Shown: one piece after another, positions 47,672-56,979 of the stretch | How positions within the stretch are numbered: position 1 is the stretch's first letter | How the letters are laid out: every line of letters begins with the position of its first letter | Assembly (NCBI GenBank): GCA_964599225.1 | Contig: CAZRDO010000001.1 | Span: forward strand, 15,153-79,152 | Direction of reading: 5' to 3' | DNA length: 64,000 bases | From: an uncultured Candidatus Saccharibacteria bacterium | GTDB lineage: Bacteria; Patescibacteriota; Minisyncoccia; Phycocordibacterales; UBA9973 | Made by a program: the position numbers and the translations under genes | The notes under the pieces: generated by a model | The model's database searches: none | What the model saw: only the letters and a program-made list of their open reading frames with translations | What the model was told of the DNA's origin: nothing

Positions 47672-49441
47672 ATGACCCAAAGTGAAGCACTCACTATTTT
47701 AAAAACTGGTGCCAATGTCTTTCTGACTGGAGAGCCAGGCTCGGGCAAAACACATACTATTAATGAGTACGTGAAGTATTTACATGCACACGCCATCACA
47801 CCTGCGATTACTGCTTCAACAGGTATTGCTGCCACACATATTGGTGGGATGACGATACACTCATGGAGTGGACTCGGGATTCGAACGGAGCTTGATCGCT
47901 ACGCACTTGATAAAATCGCAACGACTGAATATGTTGCCAAGCGTATTCATCAAACCAAAGTACTCATCATTGATGAAATTTCAATGCTCCACTCAAACAT
48001 GCTCACAATGATTGATCGAGTGATTCGAGAAGTGAAAGGTACTGATGAACCATTTGGAGGGATGCAAGTGATTTTAGTTGGAGATTTTTTTCAACTACCA
48101 CCTATTTCCAAGGAAAACGGCAGTCGAGGTATTTCGAAAACTAGAAAATCAATATTTGATGAGACTGAATTCACGTATGATTTTTCTGAGAATACGAAAC
48201 CAGCTCTTCCAGAACTTGATTCAGATTTTGCGTTTAAATCATCATCTTGGGCAAGCTTAAAGCCGGTTGTCTGTTATCTAACTGAACAACATCGCCAAGA
48301 CGATGATGTGTACCTGAGTGTACTTAGTGCAATTCGTAGCAATAAATTTGATAGCACACATCAATCCTACCTTGAGGAGAGAATTGTGACTGATAGTAAT
48401 CTGCCTGAGGCCATGACACGACTCTTCTCACACAATGCCAACGTTGATGAACTCAATAACACGATGCTAAAGGGGTTAGCAAGTGTGGCCCATACGTACA
48501 CAATGTCAAGTCAGGGCAAGGAAGCTCTTGTCGCATCACTTAAAAAAGGCTGCCTCTCACCAGAAGAGCTAACCTTAAGAGTAGGGGCAAAAGTAATGTG
48601 TACCAAAAATAATCAGAATGCTGGTTTTGTAAACGGCACTCTCGGTGTGATTATTGATTTTGAGAAAGGCTCTCTTAGTCCAATTATTAAAACAACGAGT
48701 GGTAAACAAATTACGATCGAGCCGCAGACATGGAGTATTGAGGAGAACGGTAAGATTCGGGCAAGTATTTCTCAAATCCCACTTCGCCTCGCTTGGGCAA
48801 TCACGGTGCACAAAAGCCAGGGTATGAGTCTCGATGAAGCACTCATGGATCTGCGCGATATATTTGAATATGGACAAGGCTACGTCGCACTTTCACGCGT
48901 ACGAAGACTCTCTGGGCTCCACATCATTGGCTGGAATGAAAAAACATTTAAGGTACACCCTGAAATACTCAAAGTTGATGAAATGCTTCGGACTCAGTCT
49001 GAAAATGCAAGAATTGCATTTTCAGCGCTATCCGATAACGAACTAACAACAATGTACTCTAATTTTATTACTGCATCAGGCGGGAGACTTATGTCGAATA
49101 TTACGACAGATACACTCCATATAAAAAATAAAGAGCTTTCAACTCGTCACATAACTTTGGGATTACTGCGTGAAGGTCACTCTCTCGAAGAAATTATAGA
49201 CACACGAAATCTCAAAGCTGAAACCATACTCTCACATATTGAAGACCTCATTCGAGAGAGAGTGATTGCACCTCATGAAATTACTCGATTACTAAAACCA
49301 GAGGTAACAGATTCTCTTTCCTATATTCACAATATATTTAGAGAACTTGATACTGACAAATTGACCCCAGTTTACGAAGCACTCGACGGTAAATACTCAT
49401 ATACTGAGCTTCGCATTGCTCGGATTCTCCTAAACGCATGA
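47672..49441 (+). CDS. Pif1/RecD-family 5'-3' DNA helicase
   Basis: Walker A GEPGSGKTH, motif II LIIDEISM and the family-specific TVHKSQGMSLD near the C-terminal end of the core, plus a ~150 aa C-terminal extension. Confidence 0.75.
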   Translation: MTQSEALTILKTGANVFLTGEPGSGKTHTINEYVKYLHAHAITPAITASTGIAATHIGGMTIHSWSGLGIRTELDRYALDKIATTEYVAKRIHQTKVLIIDEISMLHSNMLTMIDRVIREVKGTDEPFGGMQVILVGDFFQLPPISKENGSRGISKTRKSIFDETEFTYDFSENTKPALPELDSDFAFKSSSWASLKPVVCYLTEQHRQDDDVYLSVLSAIRSNKFDSTHQSYLEERIVTDSNLPEAMTRLFSHNANVDELNNTMLKGLASVAHTYTMSSQGKEALVASLKKGCLSPEELTLRVGAKVMCTKNNQNAGFVNGTLGVIIDFEKGSLSPIIKTTSGKQITIEPQTWSIEENGKIRASISQIPLRLAWAITVHKSQGMSLDEALMDLRDIFEYGQGYVALSRVRRLSGLHIIGWNEKTFKVHPEILKVDEMLRTQSENARIAFSALSDNELTTMYSNFITASGGRLMSNITTDTLHIKNKELSTRHITLGLLREGHSLEEIIDTRNLKAETILSHIEDLIRERVIAPHEITRLLKPEVTDSLSYIHNIFRELDTDKLTPVYEALDGKYSYTELRIARILLNA

Positions 49442-49471
49442 TATACCCGCACACTTATTTTTTGCTTAAAT

Positions 49472-49735
49472 ATGTTTTACGTATACATACTCAAAAGTGA
49501 AATAGATAATGAACTATATATTGGCTCAACAAATGATCTAAGACGTAGGATTAAAGAGCACAATGAAGGCAAGAGTTTTTCTACACAATATAGAAGACCA
49601 TTTATTTTAATCTATTACGAAGCATATAGGGATGAGAGTGACGCAAGGAAAAAAGAAGCCTCATTAAAACTTCGTGGCAGTTCTCGTTTCCATTTGAAAC
49701 AGAGGATTATTAATTCACTTATAGCTAAAAAATAA
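49472..49735 (+). CDS. GIY-YIG domain small nuclease, copy 2
   Basis: MFYVYILKSE…LYIGSTNDLRRRI…RRPFILIYYEA. Paralog of the 3878..4141 gene with an identical RRPFILIYYEA block. Confidence 0.7.
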   Translation: MFYVYILKSEIDNELYIGSTNDLRRRIKEHNEGKSFSTQYRRPFILIYYEAYRDESDARKKEASLKLRGSSRFHLKQRIINSLIAKK

Positions 49736-50623
49736 GTGTGCGGGTATAATTACAAAATGTATTTGTCCGACTCCAAAATTAAAGAACTTGAGCTCACAGC
49801 AAATTCCATTCGCGAATCGATAATCAAAATGCTACTGGAAGCGGGAAGTGGTCATACTGCTGGACCCCTTGGCATGACTGATATCTTCACCCTCCTTTTC
49901 TTTCATGTACTCAAACATGATGCAAAGAATCCTTCGTGGGATGAGCGCGATCGCGTAGTGCTCTCAAATGGTCATATTTGTCCGGTCTATTATGCGACCA
50001 TGGCCCATGCTGCATATTTCCCTATAGAGGAGCTTCAGACACTGCGTAAATTTGGCTCACGACTCCAAGGTCACCCGCACAGAGAATTTATGCCATGGCT
50101 TGAGACAAGTTCTGGACCACTCGGAAGCGGACTCTCTCAAGCAGTCGGCATGGCACTTGCAATTAGAATTGATGAAGGCAATAGTTCTGACAAATTTGTG
50201 TACTGTCTCACCTCTGATGGCGAACACGATGAGGGTAATACCTGGGAGGGGATTTTATTGGCGGCTAAGGAAAAACTTCGAAATTTAATTGTCATCGTTG
50301 ATCGCAATAATATCCAGATTGACGGCTTTACTGAAGATATTATGCCGCTAGATGACATGGCCAAAAAATATGAGAGCTTTAATTGGCATGTGCAGGAAGT
50401 TGATGGGCATAATTTTGAAGCGCTCAACGATGCCATCTTGAAAGCTAAAGCAGTGTACGAGAAACCTTCAGTCATAATTGCCCGCACAATCCCAGGCAAA
50501 GGCGTGAAAGAATTCGAACGAGATTTTCATTGGCATGGTAAAGCACCGAATAAAGATGAAGCGATGATGGCATTGAAAGAATTGCGGACCTTAGGTGGTA
50601 AAATTAAAAGCGAACATCAATAA
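49736..50623 (+). CDS. tkt: transketolase, N-terminal (TPP-binding) subunit
   Basis: …GSGHTAGPLGMTDIFTLLF…GHPH…LETSSGPLGSG…TSDGEHDEGNTWE. Start probably at 49757. Confidence 0.88.
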   Translation: MCGYNYKMYLSDSKIKELELTANSIRESIIKMLLEAGSGHTAGPLGMTDIFTLLFFHVLKHDAKNPSWDERDRVVLSNGHICPVYYATMAHAAYFPIEELQTLRKFGSRLQGHPHREFMPWLETSSGPLGSGLSQAVGMALAIRIDEGNSSDKFVYCLTSDGEHDEGNTWEGILLAAKEKLRNLIVIVDRNNIQIDGFTEDIMPLDDMAKKYESFNWHVQEVDGHNFEALNDAILKAKAVYEKPSVIIARTIPGKGVKEFERDFHWHGKAPNKDEAMMALKELRTLGGKIKSEHQ

Positions 50624-50624
50624 T

Positions 50625-50801
50625 ATGAAAGATAAAATTCCTAAAATACTAATTATTATCGGGTTTGTACTTTTAGCTTTTCAAATATTCTTGTTATTTT
50701 CAGATAGTTGGTCAATAAAAGGCGGATATTCACTTAAAATGATACCTCTTGGACTCCTAGCACTTTTGATCGGATTTACAAACCTGAAAGCTAGAAAATA
50801 A
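50625..50801 (+). CDS. small hypothetical membrane protein
   Basis: Two hydrophobic helices in ~58 aa, lying between the tkt halves. Confidence 0.3.
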   Translation: MKDKIPKILIIIGFVLLAFQIFLLFSDSWSIKGGYSLKMIPLGLLALLIGFTNLKARK

Positions 50802-50893
50802 ATGCTAAATCAAAATCTAAAACTAAATTATAAACTCACGGAATGAAGTATTATGAGAAATTTCGACTACGCCGTTAAAACTAATTTAAAAAT

Positions 50894-51118
50894 ATGAGAG
50901 ATCTAGTTCTTATAATTGTTATTGGAGGATTGATATCTGTCGGCTATTATTTTTGGCAAGATCATCAAAATTCTCTCACCCTCACTCAATCACACGAGAG
51001 CCAATGTGAAGACAATATGAAAACTATGAAATTTGATTCCCAGCAAGCAAGTGACGATTACTTTATCAACTGTCTTTCTGGCCAAATTGATTTACAGCAA
51101 CCCGGACTTCATGATTAA
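50894..51118 (+). CDS. small hypothetical membrane-anchored protein
   Basis: 74 aa with an N-terminal TM helix and two Cys in the ectodomain. Confidence 0.3.
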   Translation: MRDLVLIIVIGGLISVGYYFWQDHQNSLTLTQSHESQCEDNMKTMKFDSQQASDDYFINCLSGQIDLQQPGLHD

Positions 51119-51146
51119 ATTATGAATAATATTATAGATAGTTAAA

Positions 51147-52139
51147 ATGCTTAATCCTGAACAAAAACTAAATCAGAAACTTTTCCTTGATGATGTCGAG
51201 CAGGTTCCTATTCGTAAAGGATTTGGCGAAGGCTTAGCTGAAGCCGGTGTGGATAATAAAAACATCGTTGCACTTTGTGCCGACCTTACTGAGAGTACCC
51301 AAATGCATCTTTTCAAAGATAAATTCCCAGAGCGATTTATTGAAGTCGGCGTGGCGGAGCAGAATCTTGTCACAGTTGCTTCAGGTATGGCAGCAATGGG
51401 GAAGCGAGCATTTGTCTCTTCATATGCCATGTTTAGTCCTGGACGCAACTGGGAGCAAATTAGAACGACTATTACCTATAACGATCGCGGAGTTGTGATC
51501 GTGGGCTCCCATGCTGGTATCTCAGTGGGACCAGACGGTGGTACGCACCAAGCAATTGAAGACATGGCGCTTATGAGAATACTTCCAAATATGATTGTCC
51601 TCTCACCCTCTGATGCAATTGAAGCCAAGAAAGCCACAATTGCCCTGGCAAAGATCAATACACCAACCTATTTGCGACTCGCTCGTGAAAAAACCCCAGT
51701 CATGACCACCACCGAGACACCATTTGAGATTGGTAAAGCACAGATTTTCTACCGCCCTGACGGTATTGCACATGTCGGTATTATTGCCACAGGAGCGCTT
51801 GTCCACAAGGCACTACTCGCCGCACGTGATCTTGAGAAAAAGGGAATTAAGGCACTTGTGGTGAATCTTGCGACAATAAAGCCACTTGATCACGAGACAA
51901 TACTTACTGTTGCCAAAGAAACTCGTAAAATTGTCACCGTCGAAGAGCATCAAATCGCTGGCGGAATGGGAAGTGCTGTAGCTGAATACTTAGCAAGCAT
52001 CTTTCCAGTACCAATTGAGTTTGTTGGAGTACACGACAAATATGGCCAGTCAGGCACACCAGCTGAACTTATTGAGCACTATGGTATGGGAAAGAATAAT
52101 ATTATTGAAGCCGTACAGAAAGTTATTGACCGAAATTAG
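51147..52139 (+). CDS. tkt: transketolase, C-terminal (pyrimidine-binding + C-terminal domain) subunit
   Basis: …FIEVGVAEQNLVTVASGMA…SHAGISVGPDGGTHQAIEDMALMR…. Confidence 0.88.
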   Translation: MLNPEQKLNQKLFLDDVEQVPIRKGFGEGLAEAGVDNKNIVALCADLTESTQMHLFKDKFPERFIEVGVAEQNLVTVASGMAAMGKRAFVSSYAMFSPGRNWEQIRTTITYNDRGVVIVGSHAGISVGPDGGTHQAIEDMALMRILPNMIVLSPSDAIEAKKATIALAKINTPTYLRLAREKTPVMTTTETPFEIGKAQIFYRPDGIAHVGIIATGALVHKALLAARDLEKKGIKALVVNLATIKPLDHETILTVAKETRKIVTVEEHQIAGGMGSAVAEYLASIFPVPIEFVGVHDKYGQSGTPAELIEHYGMGKNNIIEAVQKVIDRN

Positions 52140-52408
52140 TTCTCCTGATTATTTCCTGAAATCTGACTTTTACTAATCTTCTGAATTACTTCAGCCATAC
52201 CAATTTCACCTTTTATTCGTTCAATACGACCACTTAGTTTAAGTCTCTGATCAGGATCTTCAGTATGTAAAAATTCTTGATTAAGCCTTTGGAGTTCAAG
52301 AGTTTTGGTATCAGCAATCTGCTCCTTTGCTTTAATTTCATTTTGCCAAAACTCTGGTCTAAAATCTTTAGGTGATCCTTTATTAAATGATTCAGGAGTA
52401 TTTTTCAT
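52136..52408 (-). CDS. hypothetical protein (90 aa)
   Basis: Intact ORF between tkt and the kinase. No recognisable motif. Confidence 0.35.
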   Translation of the reverse strand: MKNTPESFNKGSPKDFRPEFWQNEIKAKEQIADTKTLELQRLNQEFLHTEDPDQRLKLSGRIERIKGEIGMAEVIQKISKSQISGNNQEN

Positions 52409-52424
52409 TTAAATTTTCTTTAGG

Positions 52425-53435
52425 TTAGATTTGTTGCGGCTTATAGTCCTCTGGTGCTCGATCAAGGAATTCTTGGAGTTTTTCTGCACTAAGGAGACCC
52501 TCTTGAGCTCCTATACCCTGAGTAACTGACATAGCATTAATTGGCGCCCAGAGTAGTGCTTCTTCTAGCGTTTTTCCCATTGAGAGACACGAAGTAAGGG
52601 TTGAGCTAAACGCATCACCTGCACCAGTCCGTTCAATCGGTGTGTGAGGGTAGACTGGCATAAACCAGTACGTTCCATCTTTATCTCTCGCATAAGCGCC
52701 ATCAATCCCGTCAGTCATGATAATTATTTTTGGTCCGAGTTTGGAAAGTCTATCCATCAATTTTTTCTTGCCCTCTATTGATTTTGCTGGCTCACCATCG
52801 GTGATGCCAAGAATTCGCTCGGCTTCTTCAACATTACAGAAAAATATTTCTGACATTTCATAAACGTCTTTTATTTTTTCAAGACCTAGTTTGATTTGGA
52901 ATGTCCCCGGCTGGAAGGCAAGCTTTGTTTCAGGGTGTGCTCGAAGCCACTCGGCAATCTCATGATGAAATGCTTCTGTGTTCTCTCCAAGAGAGGAAAG
53001 ATAGATCCACTTCGGTGAATTTTCTAGGACTGGCATATGACGGATAAACGGTGCGTGCTTAACCAAAATTGTCCGCTCAACACCATACCAGAGCACGTAG
53101 TGGTAATTTGTTGGCAAACTAGGATCAGTTTCAACGAGCTCAGTCATGACACCATTTCCTTCTAATGCTGAGATGCATCCTTTACCATTTTCATCATTTC
53201 CCACAACTACACTGAGTGCTGAATTGAGTCCAAGTCGTGATGCTGCGACAGCTGCATTTGGACTATTACCCACTGCGTAGATGACCTTCACGTCCTCGTA
53301 GGGAACTTTGTCACCAAAACGCAGACAGAGCTCTTCAGCCAGCTCATTTTTCATATGATGCGTATGTGCATCAGAGAGTTTAATAAACGCGTCAATCACA
53401 ATATCGCCAATCGCAAGAAAGTCTATAGTTTTCAT
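52425..53435 (-). CDS. PfkB-family carbohydrate (sugar-phosphate) kinase
   Basis: Ribokinase fold with N-terminal GG motif (IYAVGNSPNAAV) and the C-terminal TGAGDAFSS signature. Confidence 0.8.
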   Translation of the reverse strand: MKTIDFLAIGDIVIDAFIKLSDAHTHHMKNELAEELCLRFGDKVPYEDVKVIYAVGNSPNAAVAASRLGLNSALSVVVGNDENGKGCISALEGNGVMTELVETDPSLPTNYHYVLWYGVERTILVKHAPFIRHMPVLENSPKWIYLSSLGENTEAFHHEIAEWLRAHPETKLAFQPGTFQIKLGLEKIKDVYEMSEIFFCNVEEAERILGITDGEPAKSIEGKKKLMDRLSKLGPKIIIMTDGIDGAYARDKDGTYWFMPVYPHTPIERTGAGDAFSSTLTSCLSMGKTLEEALLWAPINAMSVTQGIGAQEGLLSAEKLQEFLDRAPEDYKPQQI

Positions 53436-53523
53436 AGGAGTAATTGTAGCAAATACAGTATAAATCTAGCCTGTTGACATTAATGTAGACACGTGCTAGT
53501 TTATACTCAGAAAATAAAAATCA

Positions 53524-53901
53524 ATGAGAAAAGGGAAAAATTATAATTTCGAAAAATTGCCTGAAAACTTCATTACACTCGAAAGAATTGAAGGAGGAAT
53601 AATAGACATGTTCAGGGATAATCCTCAGCATGAAAATTTTTTTAAACTCACACACATCGGGGAATTTACGGGACTAATTCTTACAGAAAACGTAGCATGT
53701 CTGATGCATTATTGTGTAAAAACGGATGTAGCCCAGCTTGCCCTGGCAGATCCGAAAAAAATTACTGAGTATAAAGAACCTCCGACCGTTTTGAAAATCG
53801 ACACCAATGGAATTCATCAGTTTTTCAACCCCGGTCAAGCGCATCCTGAAATAATTCAGGCCTGCAACTTCATTAAACAGCATCTTCAAATCACCGCCTA
53901 A
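53524..53901 (+). CDS. hypothetical protein (125 aa)
   Basis: Intact ORF with no recognisable domain. Confidence 0.4.
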   Translation: MRKGKNYNFEKLPENFITLERIEGGIIDMFRDNPQHENFFKLTHIGEFTGLILTENVACLMHYCVKTDVAQLALADPKKITEYKEPPTVLKIDTNGIHQFFNPGQAHPEIIQACNFIKQHLQITA

Positions 53902-53941
53902 CAGCGGTTTTTTCTTTTTTAAATGCTGGTATACTAGAGAA

Positions 53942-54928
53942 ATGCAGAAAGAAATCATAGAGCGACTTTTTAAAAAGCCCAAAGGAATCCTCGCAATTGA
54001 TGAGAGTATCGAGACCTGTAACAAAAGGTTTAAATCCTATGGAATTCCAGAGACAGAAGAAATGCGACGAGAGTATCGAGAACTTATTCTTACAACAGAA
54101 GGCATTGAGGAATATATTTCCGGAATGATTCTCTTTGATGAAACCATCCACCAAGCTACTAAAGACGGGGTGTCATTTACGACCCTTATGAAAGAAAAAG
54201 CTATCGAAATTGGTATTAAGGTTGACGAAGGCCTCACCAATTTTGGTACAGATGGAGAAAAAATAACAAAGGGTCTGGAAGGATTGCCAGAGAGACTTAC
54301 GCAATATAAATCTCTTGGCGCAACATTTACGAAATTTAGAAGTGTTTACACTATCAGCTCTAGTACTCCAACAGAAGCTCTCATGCACGAGACTGCCAAA
54401 ACATTTGCAGAGTACGCACGTGTAGTACTAGAAGCGGGTATGGTTCCGATAATTGAGCCAGAAGTGCTCATGGATGGTGCACACACGATTGAGCAATGCT
54501 TTGATGTTACGAGTAAAAATCTCGATATACTTTTCCAAACACTTACTGAACAGAATATTCCGATTGACCAGATTATTCTAAAAACAAATATGGTAATCGG
54601 TGGACACGATAATCCTAGCCGCGAGAGTGTGAAAGATGTTGCAGTATTTACACTTAAGTGTCTTCGAGAGCATGTGCCAGAGAGTGTCGGCGGCATCGTG
54701 TTCCTCTCTGGTGGGCAAGACGATACGGAATCAACACTACATCTTGAAGTTATTGAGGAAATGGGTCCACTTCCTTGGCCGCTCACATTTTCTTATGGCC
54801 GAGCAATCCAACATGATGCGCTCACACATTGGGCATCAAACCAAGATGACATTTCTGGTGCCCAAAAACTTCTGCTTGAACGAGCACGGGCAAACAGTCT
54901 AGCTAGTATAGGTAAATATGAAGGATGA
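53942..54928 (+). CDS. fba: fructose-bisphosphate aldolase, class I
   Basis: ILAIDESIETCNKRF…EYISGMILFDETIHQATKDG matches the class I (Schiff-base) aldolase N-terminal region. Confidence 0.75.
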   Translation: MQKEIIERLFKKPKGILAIDESIETCNKRFKSYGIPETEEMRREYRELILTTEGIEEYISGMILFDETIHQATKDGVSFTTLMKEKAIEIGIKVDEGLTNFGTDGEKITKGLEGLPERLTQYKSLGATFTKFRSVYTISSSTPTEALMHETAKTFAEYARVVLEAGMVPIIEPEVLMDGAHTIEQCFDVTSKNLDILFQTLTEQNIPIDQIILKTNMVIGGHDNPSRESVKDVAVFTLKCLREHVPESVGGIVFLSGGQDDTESTLHLEVIEEMGPLPWPLTFSYGRAIQHDALTHWASNQDDISGAQKLLLERARANSLASIGKYEG

Positions 54929-56624
54929 AATAAGAAATATAATTAAAGGTGATGTCGATGATTCATCGGAGACGCTACTCAAATACTCGCATGATGCGAG
55001 TCTCTTTGAGATTACGCCTGCACTCGTAGTCTATCCAAAGGACTCATCTGATATTCAAGCACTCGTCAAATGGGTGAAAGATCATAAGAAAGAATATCCC
55101 ACACTTTCAATCACACCCCGCGCTGCCGGCACTGATATGTCTGGCGGACCGCTTAATGACTCGATCATACTTGATACTTCCAAGTACATGAATATTATTG
55201 GTGAAGTAAGAAGAATCTCACCATATATGATGGTGCCTAAATTTCCTGGTTCACATGAAGTCACTATTACAGGTGAAGTATCTCTACTTCCAGGTGCGTT
55301 TTATCGAGACCTTGAATCAAAAACCCTTCCACTCAATTTACTCCTTCCTTGTTATACAGCTTCGAAGAGTATTAATGCACTTGGAGGCATGGTGGGGAAT
55401 AACTCAGGAGGGGAGCTGACACTCCGTTATGGCAAAACTGAAGATTATGTCAAAGCACTTAAAATAGTGCTCAATGATGGTAATGAGTACACACTACGAC
55501 CACTTACTCGTAAAGAGCTCTATGGGAAAATCGCCGGAGTCGGCTTTGAAGGAGAATTATATAAAAAACTCTACGGAATTCTTGAAGAAAATAGAGAGGT
55601 AATTGAAGCGGCAAAGCCTAATGTTTCCAAAAATTCTGCAGGATATAACCTCTGGAATGTTATGACAAAAGGCGTCACAAGTGATGAAGATATATTTGAT
55701 CCGTGCCAACTCATTGTGGGTTCGCAAGGTACATTCGGAATAGTTACAGAGATTACACTTCGTCTCGTTGATTTACCACAACACACCAAGCTTGCTGTCG
55801 TGTTTCTTCAAGATACAAACCGTTTGGGTGAAATTGTTGATGAAATTCTTCTCACAAAACCACTCTCAGTAGAGTCCTACGACGATAAAACATTTAAGCT
55901 TGGTGTAAAATTTTTTCGAGAATTTGTCCATGCAAAGGGTATTATGGGTTCGCTACGGTTTGGGCTCTCATTTGTACCTGAGTTCACAATGAGTCTCCTC
56001 GGCGGTATTCCAGCCATGATTTTACTTGTTGAATATGATGGTGAATCCGAAACTCTTGTGCACAAAAAGTGTGTTGACCTCATCAAGAGACTCACGAAAT
56101 TTAAACTCCATACTCATATCACTCGAGGCGCTCGTGAGAGTGAAAAGTATTGGGAATTTAGACGTGACAGCTTCTCACTTCTCCGGAAACACGCGGGTAG
56201 TATGCGTACCGCACCGTTTATTGATGACTTTATTGTTCGACCTGAATTTCTGCCTGAGTTTTTACCAAAACTTAACGCACTTTTGAGTAATTATCCTAGT
56301 CTTATCTATACAATTGCAGGACACGCCGCTAACGGCAACTTCCATATCATTCCACTCATGGATGTTCACGCCACACTCAGAGAAGAGATTATTCTCAAGC
56401 TCTCAGAAAGTGTCTATAACCTCGTACTTGAGTACAAGGGCTCGATTACCGCGGAGCATAACGATGGCATTATCCGTTCACCATTTCTCAAGCAAATGTA
56501 TGGAGACAAAATCTATAGCTTATTTCAGCAAGTAAAAAATCTTTTTGATCCAGAAACTATATTTAACCCGCATAAGAAGGTTGGGGTAGGGAAGGAGGAT
56601 ATTGTGAAATATTTACAACATTAA
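54918..56624 (+). CDS. FAD-binding oxidoreductase (GlcD/D-lactate dehydrogenase-like)
   Basis: FAD_binding_4-type N-terminal domain (LVVYPKDSSDIQALVKW…SITPRAAGTDMSGG) and a C-terminal FAD-oxidase domain. Confidence 0.7.
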   Translation: MKDEIRNIIKGDVDDSSETLLKYSHDASLFEITPALVVYPKDSSDIQALVKWVKDHKKEYPTLSITPRAAGTDMSGGPLNDSIILDTSKYMNIIGEVRRISPYMMVPKFPGSHEVTITGEVSLLPGAFYRDLESKTLPLNLLLPCYTASKSINALGGMVGNNSGGELTLRYGKTEDYVKALKIVLNDGNEYTLRPLTRKELYGKIAGVGFEGELYKKLYGILEENREVIEAAKPNVSKNSAGYNLWNVMTKGVTSDEDIFDPCQLIVGSQGTFGIVTEITLRLVDLPQHTKLAVVFLQDTNRLGEIVDEILLTKPLSVESYDDKTFKLGVKFFREFVHAKGIMGSLRFGLSFVPEFTMSLLGGIPAMILLVEYDGESETLVHKKCVDLIKRLTKFKLHTHITRGARESEKYWEFRRDSFSLLRKHAGSMRTAPFIDDFIVRPEFLPEFLPKLNALLSNYPSLIYTIAGHAANGNFHIIPLMDVHATLREEIILKLSESVYNLVLEYKGSITAEHNDGIIRSPFLKQMYGDKIYSLFQQVKNLFDPETIFNPHKKVGVGKEDIVKYLQH

Positions 56625-56662
56625 TCTAAGTTTACGCAAATAAAAAAGCTCATAATAGAGCT

Positions 56663-56866
56663 TCAAATTTTTTCTTCTGCAAGATTATTGGCTATTTCAA
56701 GAGACATCGGGCCAATTAAAAAATTCTGTGAACAGAACTCAAGAACTGCTGGAACAGAGGCCAATTTTAGTCCATTATCAATTATTTCTGTTTTCTTTGT
56801 AGAAGCTTCACTTTCTGTAAGAACTTTTTTTGTGCCATTACAGTAATATACATAGGAGTTATCCAT
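56663..56866 (-). CDS. small hypothetical protein (67 aa)
   Basis: Intact ORF. Weak call. Confidence 0.3.
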   Translation of the reverse strand: MDNSYVYYCNGTKKVLTESEASTKKTEIIDNGLKLASVPAVLEFCSQNFLIGPMSLEIANNLAEEKI

Positions 56867-56944
56867 TACTCAGTGTTATCTAGTTTTTAGATTAACATTA
56901 AACTACAATCTGTCAAATTATCCAGATAACATCAATTCTACCAC

Positions 56945-56972
56945 TTGATCTCCTTTAAAATTCATGTATACT
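56945..56972 (+). promoter_or_regulatory. putative promoter TTGATC-16-TATACT producing a leaderless rplY transcript
   Basis: The -10 hexamer ends 7 nt before the rplY ATG (56980), and there is no room for a Shine-Dalgarno sequence. Confidence 0.4.
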
Positions 56973-56979
56973 ATCACCT

